From assembly GCA_965204535.1 (NCBI GenBank), contig CBDBEV010000001.1, forward strand, positions 1,120,001 to 1,184,000: DNA of 64,000 nucleotides, in the 5' to 3' direction. Positions 28,816 through 38,900 of the stretch are shown one piece after another (position 1 is the first letter of the stretch; every line of letters starts with the position of its first letter). Below the pieces are notes generated by a model. That model had not been told where the DNA came from. It searched no databases and saw nothing but the letters and a program-made list of their open reading frames with translations. The position numbers and the translations under genes are program-made. The DNA comes from a bacterium. Lineage in GTDB: Bacteria > UBA8248.

Positions 28816-28889
28816 GTAGGGACAGGTCGCGACCTGTCCCAATGAAGTGGAACGGTTTTGTTCGTCATTCCGGCGAAAGCCGGAATCCA
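28816..28889. repeat. GTAG- and CGTC-type REP palindromes
   Basis: GTAGGGACAGGTCGCGACCTGTCCC; CGTCATTCCGGCGAAAGCCGGAATCCA. Confidence 0.75.
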
Positions 28890-28954
28890 TTTGAATTATT
28901 TTTTGCCTTTCGTTTTTGTGTTGTTCAGAAGGACGAGATGCTCGGTTGGAATTT

Positions 28955-30088
28955 TTAGTAATCCTCGGCGTGCTCCTCGTATTCTTCGATGATGGAATCA
29001 TTCGTATGTTCGAGGTGAGGCTTGTTTCCGAGTTCCTCCAGCGCGTCGTAGGAGAGGAAAGAACAGTTTTTGTATAAAGGGCCCCGTTCGAGCAGCGAGA
29101 ACACGGGGCGTTTGATCTCGCGCAATACCTTTTCCCGTTTTTCATCTGCCGCGACGATGTGAAGCCGGATGTCCATGTTGGGTTGAAGCGCCAGGAGGTC
29201 CGCCATTCTCAGCAAGCCCGAATACACTGCCGTGGTGTGTTCGACTTCGAACGCCCTCGCCATCGCTCGGCCCTTTAGCCAGATGACGTCAATCTGCTCG
29301 ATGGTGCGGAGTGTCGTATCGTCATAGTTGAGCGGCAGACTTTCCAGAAAATTGGGTTTCATGCCATCGGAGACGTTTGCAAGCACACGCTCTTTGTCGT
29401 TTCGCGGCACCCAGACTTGAAAACCCATTTTGGCTCCCATCTCCGCGATTTTCGCCTGTATCTGTATGGATTTCCGAGTTTCCGAAGGCGCTGTGGCTTC
29501 AACTAAGGCTTCCGCCGCATCGCCGCCGTCCTCGTCGCCTACGGGAACTTCGACCGATACTTCGCCGCTTGGGGTAGGAACCTTCAGTTTCTTTGTAAGA
29601 GAGCGTCGATCCGTGTCCGTGAGGGGATAGTCAATTCGGCTATCGCCTTGTTGTTGCCGTTTGAGGCGAGATACGAGGAAATCACCGTCAGAATCGTTTA
29701 TGGTTCGTAGAGAACTGGCGATGTTCGCACCCCAGCCCCGAGCCCCCTTTTCTATGTTTTTGGTTATGGAAAGAGTGTACCAGATTTCATCGTTCTCAAT
29801 CGGTATCGAGTGTTCCGGATCGAGGATGACGATCGGTTCCACCTTGAAGTGGACCTCCCAGGGCATGGGGTCTTCGGGAACCGGCCCGTCGTCATAGGCA
29901 TCGGAAGCGATTCGCAACACGCCACACCAACGCTTTGTGTAAGCTAGATAGCAAACGAAGATGTCGCCGGGTTTGATGCTCGCGTGCGCCCTGCTGCGGT
30001 GCCCTTTCGTAAAGCTGCTGATGCTGGCGCCGCGCTCCCGGAAAATCGACCAGGTTTCAGGGGTAAACAGATTAAGATAATAAGCCAT
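28955..30088 (-). CDS. EVE-domain / PD-(D/E)XK nuclease fusion (putative modification-dependent restriction)
   Basis: N-term YYLNLFTPETW...IKPGD.FVCYL...W.G; C-term IDVIWL...AFEVEHTTAVYSGLLRMADL. Confidence 0.75.
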   Translation of the reverse strand: MAYYLNLFTPETWSIFRERGASISSFTKGHRSRAHASIKPGDIFVCYLAYTKRWCGVLRIASDAYDDGPVPEDPMPWEVHFKVEPIVILDPEHSIPIENDEIWYTLSITKNIEKGARGWGANIASSLRTINDSDGDFLVSRLKRQQQGDSRIDYPLTDTDRRSLTKKLKVPTPSGEVSVEVPVGDEDGGDAAEALVEATAPSETRKSIQIQAKIAEMGAKMGFQVWVPRNDKERVLANVSDGMKPNFLESLPLNYDDTTLRTIEQIDVIWLKGRAMARAFEVEHTTAVYSGLLRMADLLALQPNMDIRLHIVAADEKREKVLREIKRPVFSLLERGPLYKNCSFLSYDALEELGNKPHLEHTNDSIIEEYEEHAEDY

Positions 30089-30179
30089 GAGGCGAACCTA
30101 TCAACGACTGCGTGAGATCGTCAATTGTGTTCGCTTCGGTGGTGAAGTGAACGGAGCGTTCCGTGAGGGGTACCTACCT

Positions 30180-30620
30180 TCAAAATGAAAAGCTGTATGT
30201 TCCGTTGCCTTCGACAGCTAATGAACCCACCGACAGGATGTCCATTCCGAGCAGGACGTCGAAATCGCCGCGAGGCGCGATGAACTCGGCTCCCTGCACG
30301 GCGGAACCGACAAGGTGTGTTTCGGCGATGTTCCGACCTTCGGCCTTCACGGTGAAGGCGACGTGAAACAGATACGCATGATGGAAGGTTTGACCGGATA
30401 CGCCGCTGATGGGTACTTTGCCGACAGGCTCCAAACCGACGGCCTCCACCACGTTTTTCGTGAGGCACGTCAAGGAAGCGCCGGTGTCGACCAGCGCCTT
30501 GAATACATGTGGGGTTTTCTCGCTCATTCCCGCCGGGAAACGCTCCGTATCTTCCAGGGATAGGATATGGACGTCCACGAATACCTGGTTCCCGTCGTGT
30601 TCACCCCAGATGCACGGCAT
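30180..30620 (-). CDS. Retropepsin-like (clan AA) aspartic protease
   Basis: ALVDTGASLTC and VLLGMDIL motifs. Confidence 0.85.
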   Translation of the reverse strand: MPCIWGEHDGNQVFVDVHILSLEDTERFPAGMSEKTPHVFKALVDTGASLTCLTKNVVEAVGLEPVGKVPISGVSGQTFHHAYLFHVAFTVKAEGRNIAETHLVGSAVQGAEFIAPRGDFDVLLGMDILSVGSLAVEGNGTYSFSF

Positions 30621-30864
30621 GGGAATAAGACCCCAGACTGACGGGGGTGTCGTCGATTTTCTGGATCGAAAAGAGTCCGTCCTCGAACAATCGGGCGCCC
30701 GCCGTCTGCGCGTCTCCGGGCGTGTCGAAGACCGCGACCAGTTCTTTATTCTTGAGAAGCGCGAACTTGCCGAAGTGATGCTGCTTTAGGCGAGGAAACT
30801 CCGCCAGGAAAAATTCGAGGTTGTCGTCGATTTCCCGCTCTTTTTGTTCTCGCGTCGATTTCAT
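30601..30864 (-). CDS. Small DUF5678-like protein, partner of retropepsin
   Basis: N.EFF...L...H.GKFALLKN...FD...DA...G...FSIQ; overlaps protease start. Confidence 0.65.
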   Translation of the reverse strand: MKSTREQKEREIDDNLEFFLAEFPRLKQHHFGKFALLKNKELVAVFDTPGDAQTAGARLFEDGLFSIQKIDDTPVSLGSYSHAVHLG

Positions 30865-30949
30865 CGCGGCCTCCTCCCCGCTTTTCCGAAACTATAGCAC
30901 ACGTAACGTGATTCGTTGAGCCGATGCGCGTTCCTCCTGGGCGAAGGCG

Positions 30950-31062
30950 TCCCTCGATACGGCCCTTCGGGCCTACTCGGGATGAGGGGTTTTGAGGCGT
31001 CTGCGTAACCCGAATTCTCTCCCTCACCCTGAGTAGCTGCGAAGCAGCGTATCGAAGGGCGA
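30950..31062. repeat. Inverted pair of REP-like hairpins
   Basis: CCCTCGATACGGCCCTTCGGGCCTACTCGGGATGAG ... CTCACCCTGAGTAGCTGCGAAGCAGCGTATCGAAGGG. Confidence 0.65.
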
Positions 31063-31082
31063 CTGCCTTTCCCTGCCGCCCC

Positions 31083-32255
31083 CTAATCCTCATCACTCAG
31101 CGTGAACGCGCCGTCGCTGGCCGGGATGTAGGTCTCGGGCAGGCCGAGTTCCTTCTTCACGATGTTCGTCCCGCGCGCCAGGGCCACCATCTTGTAGAAC
31201 GCGTGGCGGCGGCTCATGCCCTCGCGCCCGAAGCCGCAGTCGGTGGAGATGCAGAGCCGCTCGGCGGGAACCGTCTCGAGCGCCTTCCGGATGAGGGCGG
31301 CCACTTCTTCGGGGCGCTCCACCTGGAGTCCCCGGTGGTTGATGACGCCGATGGCCACCTTGGGTTTCGTGATTCGCTTGCCGATTTCGCCTAAGTCCAT
31401 CCCGCCCGTGCTCGCGCACTCGAAGGTGAGCACGTCGACGTCCAGTTCGTTCATGTATTCGAGGGCGGGCGCGTAGCTTTTCGAGGACTCGTAGAACCGC
31501 TGCTGGGCCGGGTTGCCCCAGCAGGTATGGCACCAAAGCTCCAGCTTGTCCCGCAGGCCCGCCACGCTCCTGTTGAACGCATCCACGTAGAACTCCATCG
31601 ACATCTCCGAATCCTCGGCGTGGAAATCAAAACGGTGCACCCAGGGCTCTTCGACTTGAAAAATCTGGCAGCCCGCGTCCGCCAGGCGGTGGAATTCCGC
31701 GTGCATGATTTCGCACAGGTCGAGGCATAGCTCGCGCCTGTCGTCATAGAACTCGTTCGAGACGATGGATTCCACGCAATCAGCACTGATGGAGCCGAAC
31801 TTGAGTGGCTTGTCCGTCATCGCCTGCGCGCAGCGCCACATCTGGGCGTATTCGAGGGGGCCTTCGCCGACTTTCGAGGTGACCTTGGGCAACATCCTGG
31901 CTTCGAGCACCTCGAACATGATCTCCCCCGGCACGGAACCGCCCCAGGTGGCGTGGCTCCTCGACGTTTCGTGGCCCGAGAAGCCGGCGAGCCTGTCGAC
32001 GATGTAGCCCACCCAGTCGCGCCCGCCCACGTTGGTGTCGAAGCGCGCGTCCCCGTCGGTCACGATGTCCAGCCCCGCGCGCTCCTGGTCCCTTATGACG
32101 CAGGAGACGTTGTCGAGGTACTGCTCGCGGAAATCCGCGTCGATCATCGCTTCACGGAACGTCCTGCGCCCGATGTTCTGGCGGAACCAGGCCGGCCGGG
32201 GCAGGGAGCCCGTGATGGTGGTGGGAAGTATGAGGTCACTCGTGGCGATGTACAT
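31083..32255 (-). CDS. Cobalamin-independent methionine synthase II family protein
   Basis: TGSLPRP, QE.AGLDIVTDG, Q.EEP, HTCWGN, FEC, STDCGF (Zn ligands). Confidence 0.88.
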   Translation of the reverse strand: MYIATSDLILPTTITGSLPRPAWFRQNIGRRTFREAMIDADFREQYLDNVSCVIRDQERAGLDIVTDGDARFDTNVGGRDWVGYIVDRLAGFSGHETSRSHATWGGSVPGEIMFEVLEARMLPKVTSKVGEGPLEYAQMWRCAQAMTDKPLKFGSISADCVESIVSNEFYDDRRELCLDLCEIMHAEFHRLADAGCQIFQVEEPWVHRFDFHAEDSEMSMEFYVDAFNRSVAGLRDKLELWCHTCWGNPAQQRFYESSKSYAPALEYMNELDVDVLTFECASTGGMDLGEIGKRITKPKVAIGVINHRGLQVERPEEVAALIRKALETVPAERLCISTDCGFGREGMSRRHAFYKMVALARGTNIVKKELGLPETYIPASDGAFTLSDED

Positions 32256-32337
32256 GTCGATTCCTCCGCTCGAAATGGTTTCGGCGAATCATCTTGTTCG
32301 GCTGCGGCGGCTTTCTCGCTTTCAATACCTCCCTTAC

Positions 32338-32540
32338 GGGGCTGTTGAAAAAGTCATCCTTGGTCGCAATGACGGCCATAACCCGAACCCGGGCTGAGGC
32401 GCAGGCTGTCTCCTTGAAAATCAACCCCCCCTTACCCCCCCCTTGTCAGGGGGGTATAAAAAGGCGATGCGCCCCGCCTGACTGAGAGGGTTTTGCTTTT
32501 TCTTGCCCCCCTGACAAGGGGAACTTTTTCCAACAACCCC
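32338..32540. mobile_element. IS1182-ended MITE with CCCCTTGTCAGGGG-type palindrome cargo
   Basis: GGGGCTGTTGAAAAAGT...ACTTTTTCCAACAACCCC; flanks CTTAC/CTTGC. Confidence 0.7.
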
Positions 32541-32557
32541 CTTGCGCCGCGCGCGTC

Positions 32558-33553
32558 TTAGAGCTTCATGAGCCTGGCGGGCGTCTCGCGCAGGATTTTC
32601 TCCTGGGCTTCTTCCGTGAGTCCCGCTCCCTCGACGAAATCCACGACGCGCCCCTGCATCATGTCGTAGGGGTAGTCCGTGCCGCACACGACGCGGTCGG
32701 CCCCCACCTCGTCGACCATCCACTTGAGCGCCGAGGGGTTGAAGGTGATGACGTCGAAATAGAGGTTCTTGAAATAGTGCCGGGGCGGGTGTGGCGTGTG
32801 CACCTTGGTTTCCGGCCGTACTTCCCAGCAGTGCTGGATGCGCCCGACCGCCCAGGGGAGGTTTCCGCCCGCATGGGCGAGCAGTAGCTGGAGGTTCGGG
32901 TAGCGCTCGAAATGGCCGGAGAGGATGAGCCTCGTGGCGGCGATGGTGGTGGAGAGCGGGTTTCCGATGCAGTTCGCCATGTAATAGGGGAAAAGTGCTT
33001 TCAAGTCGGCGAAATCGGGATGAATGAACACAAGCGCGCCGAGACGTTCCGCCGCCGCCCAGAATTCTTCGTACTGGGGCTCGTCCAGCGCGTGGGAGCC
33101 GATGCGATCCGAGATGATGCAGCCGAGCAGGCCCTTGCCCATCGCGCGCTCGAGCTCAGCGGCCGCGGCCTCGCCTCCGTTCTGCATGGGCAGGTTGCAA
33201 AGGCCGCGGAATTGCGCGGCGTTCTGGTTGCAGAAATCGACCACGCCGTCGTTTTGAATCTGGATGATCTCCTCGCCCGCCTTGCCGCCGATCCAGTAAT
33301 AGAACGTGGGCGGCGGCGGGGAGGCCAGCGCCATGTCGAGCCTGTCCGCCTTCATGTCGCTCAGCTTGCGCTCCGCGTCGGCGAGTTGCACCGCCCAGTT
33401 CTCCTCCGTCATCTTCGCGTTGTAGCGCGAGGATACGGGCGGGAAAAACCCTTCGAAGCTGTCGGCGTGCTGGGGGCGTCTTTCGCGCTCTTTGGCGGCG
33501 AGCGCTTCCGCCGCCGGGATGTAGATGTGGTGATGCAGATCGATGTTGGGCAA
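32558..33553 (-). CDS. Amidohydrolase_2 family (ACMSD-like decarboxylase/hydrolase)
   Basis: IDLHHH, FIHP, LAHAGG.LP, YFD, GTDYP. Confidence 0.88.
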   Translation of the reverse strand: MPNIDLHHHIYIPAAEALAAKERERRPQHADSFEGFFPPVSSRYNAKMTEENWAVQLADAERKLSDMKADRLDMALASPPPPTFYYWIGGKAGEEIIQIQNDGVVDFCNQNAAQFRGLCNLPMQNGGEAAAAELERAMGKGLLGCIISDRIGSHALDEPQYEEFWAAAERLGALVFIHPDFADLKALFPYYMANCIGNPLSTTIAATRLILSGHFERYPNLQLLLAHAGGNLPWAVGRIQHCWEVRPETKVHTPHPPRHYFKNLYFDVITFNPSALKWMVDEVGADRVVCGTDYPYDMMQGRVVDFVEGAGLTEEAQEKILRETPARLMKL

Positions 33554-33786
33554 GGGGACTTCCCTCCGTTTGGGTGCTTTCGGGGCGTCTTCGCGCCCGA
33601 CTGGCTGCAGAAATGGTGATCGCCTTTTCGGAGAGAGTAGATTCTGGCGCATTCCGCGTCAATCGAGATTTGCGCCCGCCGATTGACGCCCTCGATACGG
33701 AGTGAGAAACTTCTGCTCCGCGCTCGACGTGGCGCGACGGCGGGATGTTTAGCGCCTCCCGGCCTTGCGTGGAGGTAACGATTCCG

Positions 33787-34122
33787 GTGAATGAAGAGGA
33801 CGCTCCCAGGCTGCCGCGCTCCTACGAGGGGCTCGGCGCCCTGCAAGCCGAATTCGCGCGCTACCAGCAAGAAGCGTTTCCGGAGCGCGAGCCCCGGTTT
33901 TTCGCCCTGGAGCTTGCGGGCGAGACAGGCGAACTCGCGAACCTGGAGAAAAAGGAGTGGAAGGGCCGCGAGGTAGACCGGGCGGCCTATACCGACGAGG
34001 CGGCGGATGTCATGATCGCCGTGATGAACTACGCGAACGCGCGGGGGATCGATTTGGCCGAGGCCGTTTCCGAGAAAATGGCCAAGATCGAGCGCATCAG
34101 AAGGGAGCGGCCCGAGAAATAA
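33787..34122 (+). CDS. MazG-like nucleotide pyrophosphohydrolase
   Basis: LAGETGELAN..KK, DEAADV, IDL.EAV.EKM. Confidence 0.8.
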   Translation: MNEEDAPRLPRSYEGLGALQAEFARYQQEAFPEREPRFFALELAGETGELANLEKKEWKGREVDRAAYTDEAADVMIAVMNYANARGIDLAEAVSEKMAKIERIRRERPEK

Positions 34123-34226
34123 GCCCGATACCCCGCAGTTTTCGGTGCTTGGGGCGGCGCCGGAAAGAGTGGAAAAAAGCCGCTGCATGAATGTTCTGTA
34201 AACCAGAGCGGAAAGGATGAGATTCG

Positions 34227-35036
34227 ATGTCAGGCCTCCCGACGGAGCCGGCCGACCTCGCCGACGTGCAGGCGAGTTCCGATGAGCGAAACGTCAAGAT
34301 AGACAAGGTGGGTGTCAAGAACATCCGCTACCCCATCGTGGTGAAGGACCGGGCGAAAGACGCCCAGCACACCATCGGCAACGTCAACATGTATGTCGAC
34401 CTGCCGCACCACTTCAAGGGCACCCACATGAGTCGGTTCCTGGAAGTGTTGAACGAGCACACCGACGCCATCGGCGTGGACAGCGTGCCATCGCTCCTGC
34501 AGACGATTCGCGAGCGCCTGGACGCGCAGACGGCGCATTTTTCCGTCACCTTTCCCTACTTCATGCACAAGGCCGCCCCGGTGACGGGCGCCGAGGGCCT
34601 GATGGCCCTCGAATGCGGTTTCGAGGCCTCGGCGGGTGCGGTGGACGACTTCGTCCTGAGCATCATGGTGCGCATCGCCACGCTGTGTCCGTGTTCGAAA
34701 GAGATCAGCCTGCGCGGCGCCCACAACCAGCGGGGTCACGTGCGCATCAAGGTGCGCTTCGACGGCGAGTTCTGGATCGAGGAGCTCGTCGAGGTCGCCG
34801 AGAGAGCGGGCAGCTGCGCGCTCTATCCGATCCTGAAGCGCGAGGATGAGAAGTTCGTCACCGAGACGGCTTTCGACAACCCCCGCTTCGTGGAGGACGT
34901 GGTGCGCGAGGCGGCCCTCCTGCTCCGGAACGACAAGCGAATCCGCTGGTTCCAGGTGGAAGTCGAGAACTTCGAGTCCATCCACGACCACAACGCCTAC
35001 GCCTTCATCGAGGAAGAGGTGCGTCCCAAAGAGTAG
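34227..35036 (+). CDS. folE2: GTP cyclohydrolase I type IB
   Basis: IDKVGV, KGTHMSRF, LCPCSKEIS..GAHNQR, LKREDEK, NPRFVEDVVR, ESIH.HNA. Confidence 0.95.
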   Translation: MSGLPTEPADLADVQASSDERNVKIDKVGVKNIRYPIVVKDRAKDAQHTIGNVNMYVDLPHHFKGTHMSRFLEVLNEHTDAIGVDSVPSLLQTIRERLDAQTAHFSVTFPYFMHKAAPVTGAEGLMALECGFEASAGAVDDFVLSIMVRIATLCPCSKEISLRGAHNQRGHVRIKVRFDGEFWIEELVEVAERAGSCALYPILKREDEKFVTETAFDNPRFVEDVVREAALLLRNDKRIRWFQVEVENFESIHDHNAYAFIEEEVRPKE

Positions 35037-35092
35037 TTCGTTTCAAGTGGGTGGGAACCAGTCAGAAAATAAAAAAACAAAGGCAAAATAAA

Positions 35093-35119
35093 TGGATTCC
35101 GGCTTTCGCCGGAATGACG
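35093..35119. repeat. CGTC-type REP palindrome
   Basis: TGGATTCCGGCTTTCGCCGGAATGACG, reverse complement of the 28863 copy. Confidence 0.8.
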
Positions 35120-35169
35120 AACGAAACCACACCCTCCACAGGGTCATACTAGCTAAGGAGAATGGTAAT

Positions 35170-35390
35170 TCACTCCCCCCTTGAGGGGGAGTCGATGAAG
35201 CCGAGCGGTTTGTGCGAAGGCTGAATCGGTGGGGGGTAAAATGCGTTTTGTTGTCAGTCCGAATTATACCCCCCACCGAATCGCTTTCGGGCTTACGCCC
35301 TCAGCTCTTCGACTCCCCCTCAAGGGGGGAGTGAACTTCAAAAGCGTGCGCTCAACCAAAATCGCTCCACGGGACTTTTTCAACAGCCCC
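35170..35390. repeat. REP unit copy 3 (core inverted) plus IS1182-type MITE right arm
   Basis: Core is the reverse complement of that at 7147/21622; arm CTCAACCAAAATCGCTCCACGGGACTTTTTCAAC matches 8930-8963. Confidence 0.85.
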
Positions 35391-35621
35391 CAGATCGACG
35401 GCTTGTTTGGTTATCTTCTGGACGGAGAATAAATCGTCGTCGTATTTTTCTTTGGCGAAAACGACCGCGTCGTGCACGGAATCGAAGATTTGCACTATTT
35501 TCTTGCCGCGCATGAGAGCGAATTTTCCGTTATGCGCCTCAATCAGTTCGGGGAGCAGTTTCTGAAAAGCCTCAAAATTTTTATCCACTTCAGCCTGAAT
35601 GGCGGGATGATCCATCATCAC
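35352..35621 (-). pseudogene. DUF5678-like protein truncated by MITE
   Basis: Paralog of 30601-30864 (NFEAF..LLPEL...HNGKFAL...FSVQ); reads into the MITE end after VDLG. Confidence 0.6.
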
Positions 35622-35934
35622 TCCTCCCCGAATCTCTCAGGGTAATATCCATGTGGAATAAGTTCCCGATCACCTTCTTACCATAGAGAAGGCTTACTCA
35701 TAATATATGACCTCGTGTTCTGGTATAGTATACTCTGTTCGATACGATTTCACGGCGGACATCAGGCCGACGAATGAGAATACCTCCCTCGCGACTCAAG
35801 GAGTGGCGATATTCCATGCGCCGCGCGACGGCACGTCAAACCCCTCATCGAAATTTTGTGCTTTTCTCGCGCCGGAAAATCACTTATAACCATCTTTTGG
35901 TTTGATTCTTTAAGCGTTTGATTCGGGACGGTTT

Positions 35935-38900
35935 ATGGACGCAAACACAAGAGACAGGCGGATTGACGCGCTCCACGGGCTTCTGGCGTCGCGCATCGTG
36001 ATCATCGACGGCGCGATGGGCACCATGCTCCAGGACGAGAATCTGGATGAAGCCGCCTACAGGGGCGAGCGCTTCGCCGAGCACCCCTGTGACTTGAAGG
36101 GCAACCACGATCTGCTCAGCATCACGCAACCGGCCGTCGTAAGACGGATTCACGACGAATTCCTCGCTGCGGGTGCTGACATCATCGAGACGAACTCGTT
36201 CAACTCCACGGCCATATCCATGGCGGACTACCAGATGGAAGAGGTGGTCTACGAGATGAACGAGACCTCCGCGCGCCTGGCCCGTGAGGCGGCGGACGCC
36301 TTCGAGCGCGCGCATCCGGGAGAGTATCGCTTCGTGGCCGGGGTTCTCGGTCCCACGAACCGCACCGCCTCCATCTCGCCGAGGGTGAACGAGCCGGGTT
36401 TCCGTAACATCAGCTTCGAAGAGTTGGTGGCGGCCTACACTACCTCGATTCGCGGCCTCGTCACGGGCGGCTCCGATTTGCTCCTGGTCGAGACCGTCTT
36501 CGACACCCTGAACTGCAAGGCCGTGATGTTCGCAGCCGAGCAGTATTTCGAAGACGAGGGCGTTCGCGTCCCCGTCATGATTTCTGGAACCATCACCGAC
36601 GCGAGCGGCCGCACCCTGTCGGGCCAGACGACCGAGGCGTTCTGGAATTCGGTCGCAGGCTACCGGCCCATCTGCGTGGGGCTCAACTGCGCCCTGGGGG
36701 CCGAGGACCTCCGCCCCTACATACGCGAACTCTCCCGCGTGGCCGACGCGCCGGTAAGCATCTACCCCAACGCCGGTCTCCCCAACGAGTTCGGCGAATA
36801 CGACGACACCCCCGAGGACATGGCCGAGGTGCTCGCCGAATTCGCCCGGAGCGGCTTTATGAACCTGGTGGGCGGCTGCTGCGGCACCACGCCCGCGCAT
36901 ATCCGCGCGATCAAGGAGGCGGTGGAGGGCTTCGCTCCGCGCCGGGTCCCCGAAATTCCGCCGCGCTGCCGCCTGAGCGGCCTGGAGCCTCTGAACATCG
37001 GCCCCGAGACGGGGTTCGTGAACGTGGGCGAGCGCACCAACGTGGCGGGCTCCGCGCGCTTCGCCAAGCTCATCCGCGAGGGAGACTACGAGAAGGCCCT
37101 CGAAGTCGCCCGCCAGCAGGTGGAAAACGGCGCCCAGCTCATCGACGTGAACATGGACGAGGGGATGCTCGACTCCGAAGAGGCGATGACCACCTTCTTG
37201 AGGCTCATCGCCGCGGAACCGGACATCAGCCGCGTGCCGGTGATGATCGATTCTTCCAAGTGGGAGGTCATCGAGGCGGGCCTCAAGTGCCTGCAGGGGA
37301 AACCCATCGTCAACTCCATCAGCCTGAAAGAGGGGGAGGAGGCCTTCATCGAGCAGGCGCGGCTCGTGAAACGCTACGGCGCGGCCGTTTTGGTGATGGC
37401 CTTCGATGAAACGGGCCAGGCGGAGAGCGCGGAGCGCAAGTTCGAGATTTGCGAGCGCGCCTACAACATTCTGACGCGCGAGGTGGGCTTCTCGCCCAAC
37501 GACGTCATCTTCGACCCCAACATCTTCGCCGTCGCGACCGGCATCGAGGAGCACAACGAATACGCCGCCGCCTATTTCGAGGCCGTCGAGCGCATCAAGC
37601 AGGAGTTGCCCGGCGCGCTCGTGAGCGGGGGCGTGAGCAACGTCTCCTTCTCCTTCCGGGGCAACAACGGCGTGCGCGAGGCCATGCACTCGGCCTTTTT
37701 GTATCACGCCATCAGGAACGGGATGGACATGGGCATCGTGAACGCGGGCCAGCTCGCGGTGTACCAGGAAATCCCGCAGGACCTGCTCGCGCGAATCGAG
37801 GACGTGCTCCTGAACCGCCGCGAGGACGCCACCGAGCGCCTCCTCGAGGTGGCCGAGGGCGTGAAGGGCCGGGCGAAGTCGCGCGCCGAGAACCTCGCCT
37901 GGCGCGAGCGGCCCGTGAACGAACGCCTCTCCCACGCGCTGGTGGAGGGAATCACGCAGTACATCGTGGAGGATACCGAAGAAGCGCGCCTCGCGGCGTC
38001 ACATCCCATCGAGGTGATCGAAGGCCCGCTCATGGACGGCATGAACGTCGTGGGCGAGCTTTTCGGTTCGGGCAAGATGTTCCTTCCCCAGGTGGTCAAG
38101 AGCGCGCGGGTGATGAAGACCGCCGTCGCCCATCTGGTCCCCTTCCTCGAGGCGGAAAAGGTGGAGGGCGAGGCGACCTCGAACGGAAGGGCGCTTCTCG
38201 CCACCGTGAAGGGTGACGTTCACGACATCGGCAAGAACATCGTGGGCGTCGTGCTCCAGTGCAACAACTACGAGGTCATCGACCTTGGCGTCATGACCCC
38301 CTGCGCGAAGATTTTACAGACCGCTCGGGAAGAAGGCGTGGACGTCATCGGACTGAGCGGCCTCATCACCCCCTCGCTCGATGAGATGGTGACCGTGGCG
38401 GGCGAGATGGAGCGCCTGGGCTTCGATATCCCCCTGCTGATCGGCGGGGCGACGACCTCGAAGGTGCACACCGCCGTCAAGATCGCGCCCGACTACGGGG
38501 GGCCGACGGTCTACGTGGAGGACGCATCGAGGAGCGTGGGCGTGATGGGCAGCCTCATGAGCGATTCCATGCGGGAGGATTTTCTCGCCGCAAGGCGCGA
38601 GGAATACGAAGGCGTTCGCGCACGCCACGAGGCGCGGCGCGCCCACGCCGAGTTCTGTGTTTTGGAGGAAGCGCGCGAGAACCGCCTGCGAATCGACTGG
38701 GCGGCCTCTGCGCCTCCGGCTCCGAGGGTTCAGGGCTTGGAGGTGTTCGAGGACTATCCGCTGGCGGACTTGAGGGACCGCATCGACTGGACGCCGTTTT
38801 TCCGGACCTGGGAGCTCAGCGGCTCCTATCCCGCGATATTGAAAGACCCCGTGGTGGGCGAGGCGGCGCTCGGCTTGTATCGGGATGCCCAGGAGATGCT

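Noticed and set aside
35640-35934. SAM or cobalamin riboswitch upstream of metH
   Set aside because: No recognisable SAM-I, SAM-II or B12-box consensus seen by eye; an Rfam scan would be needed
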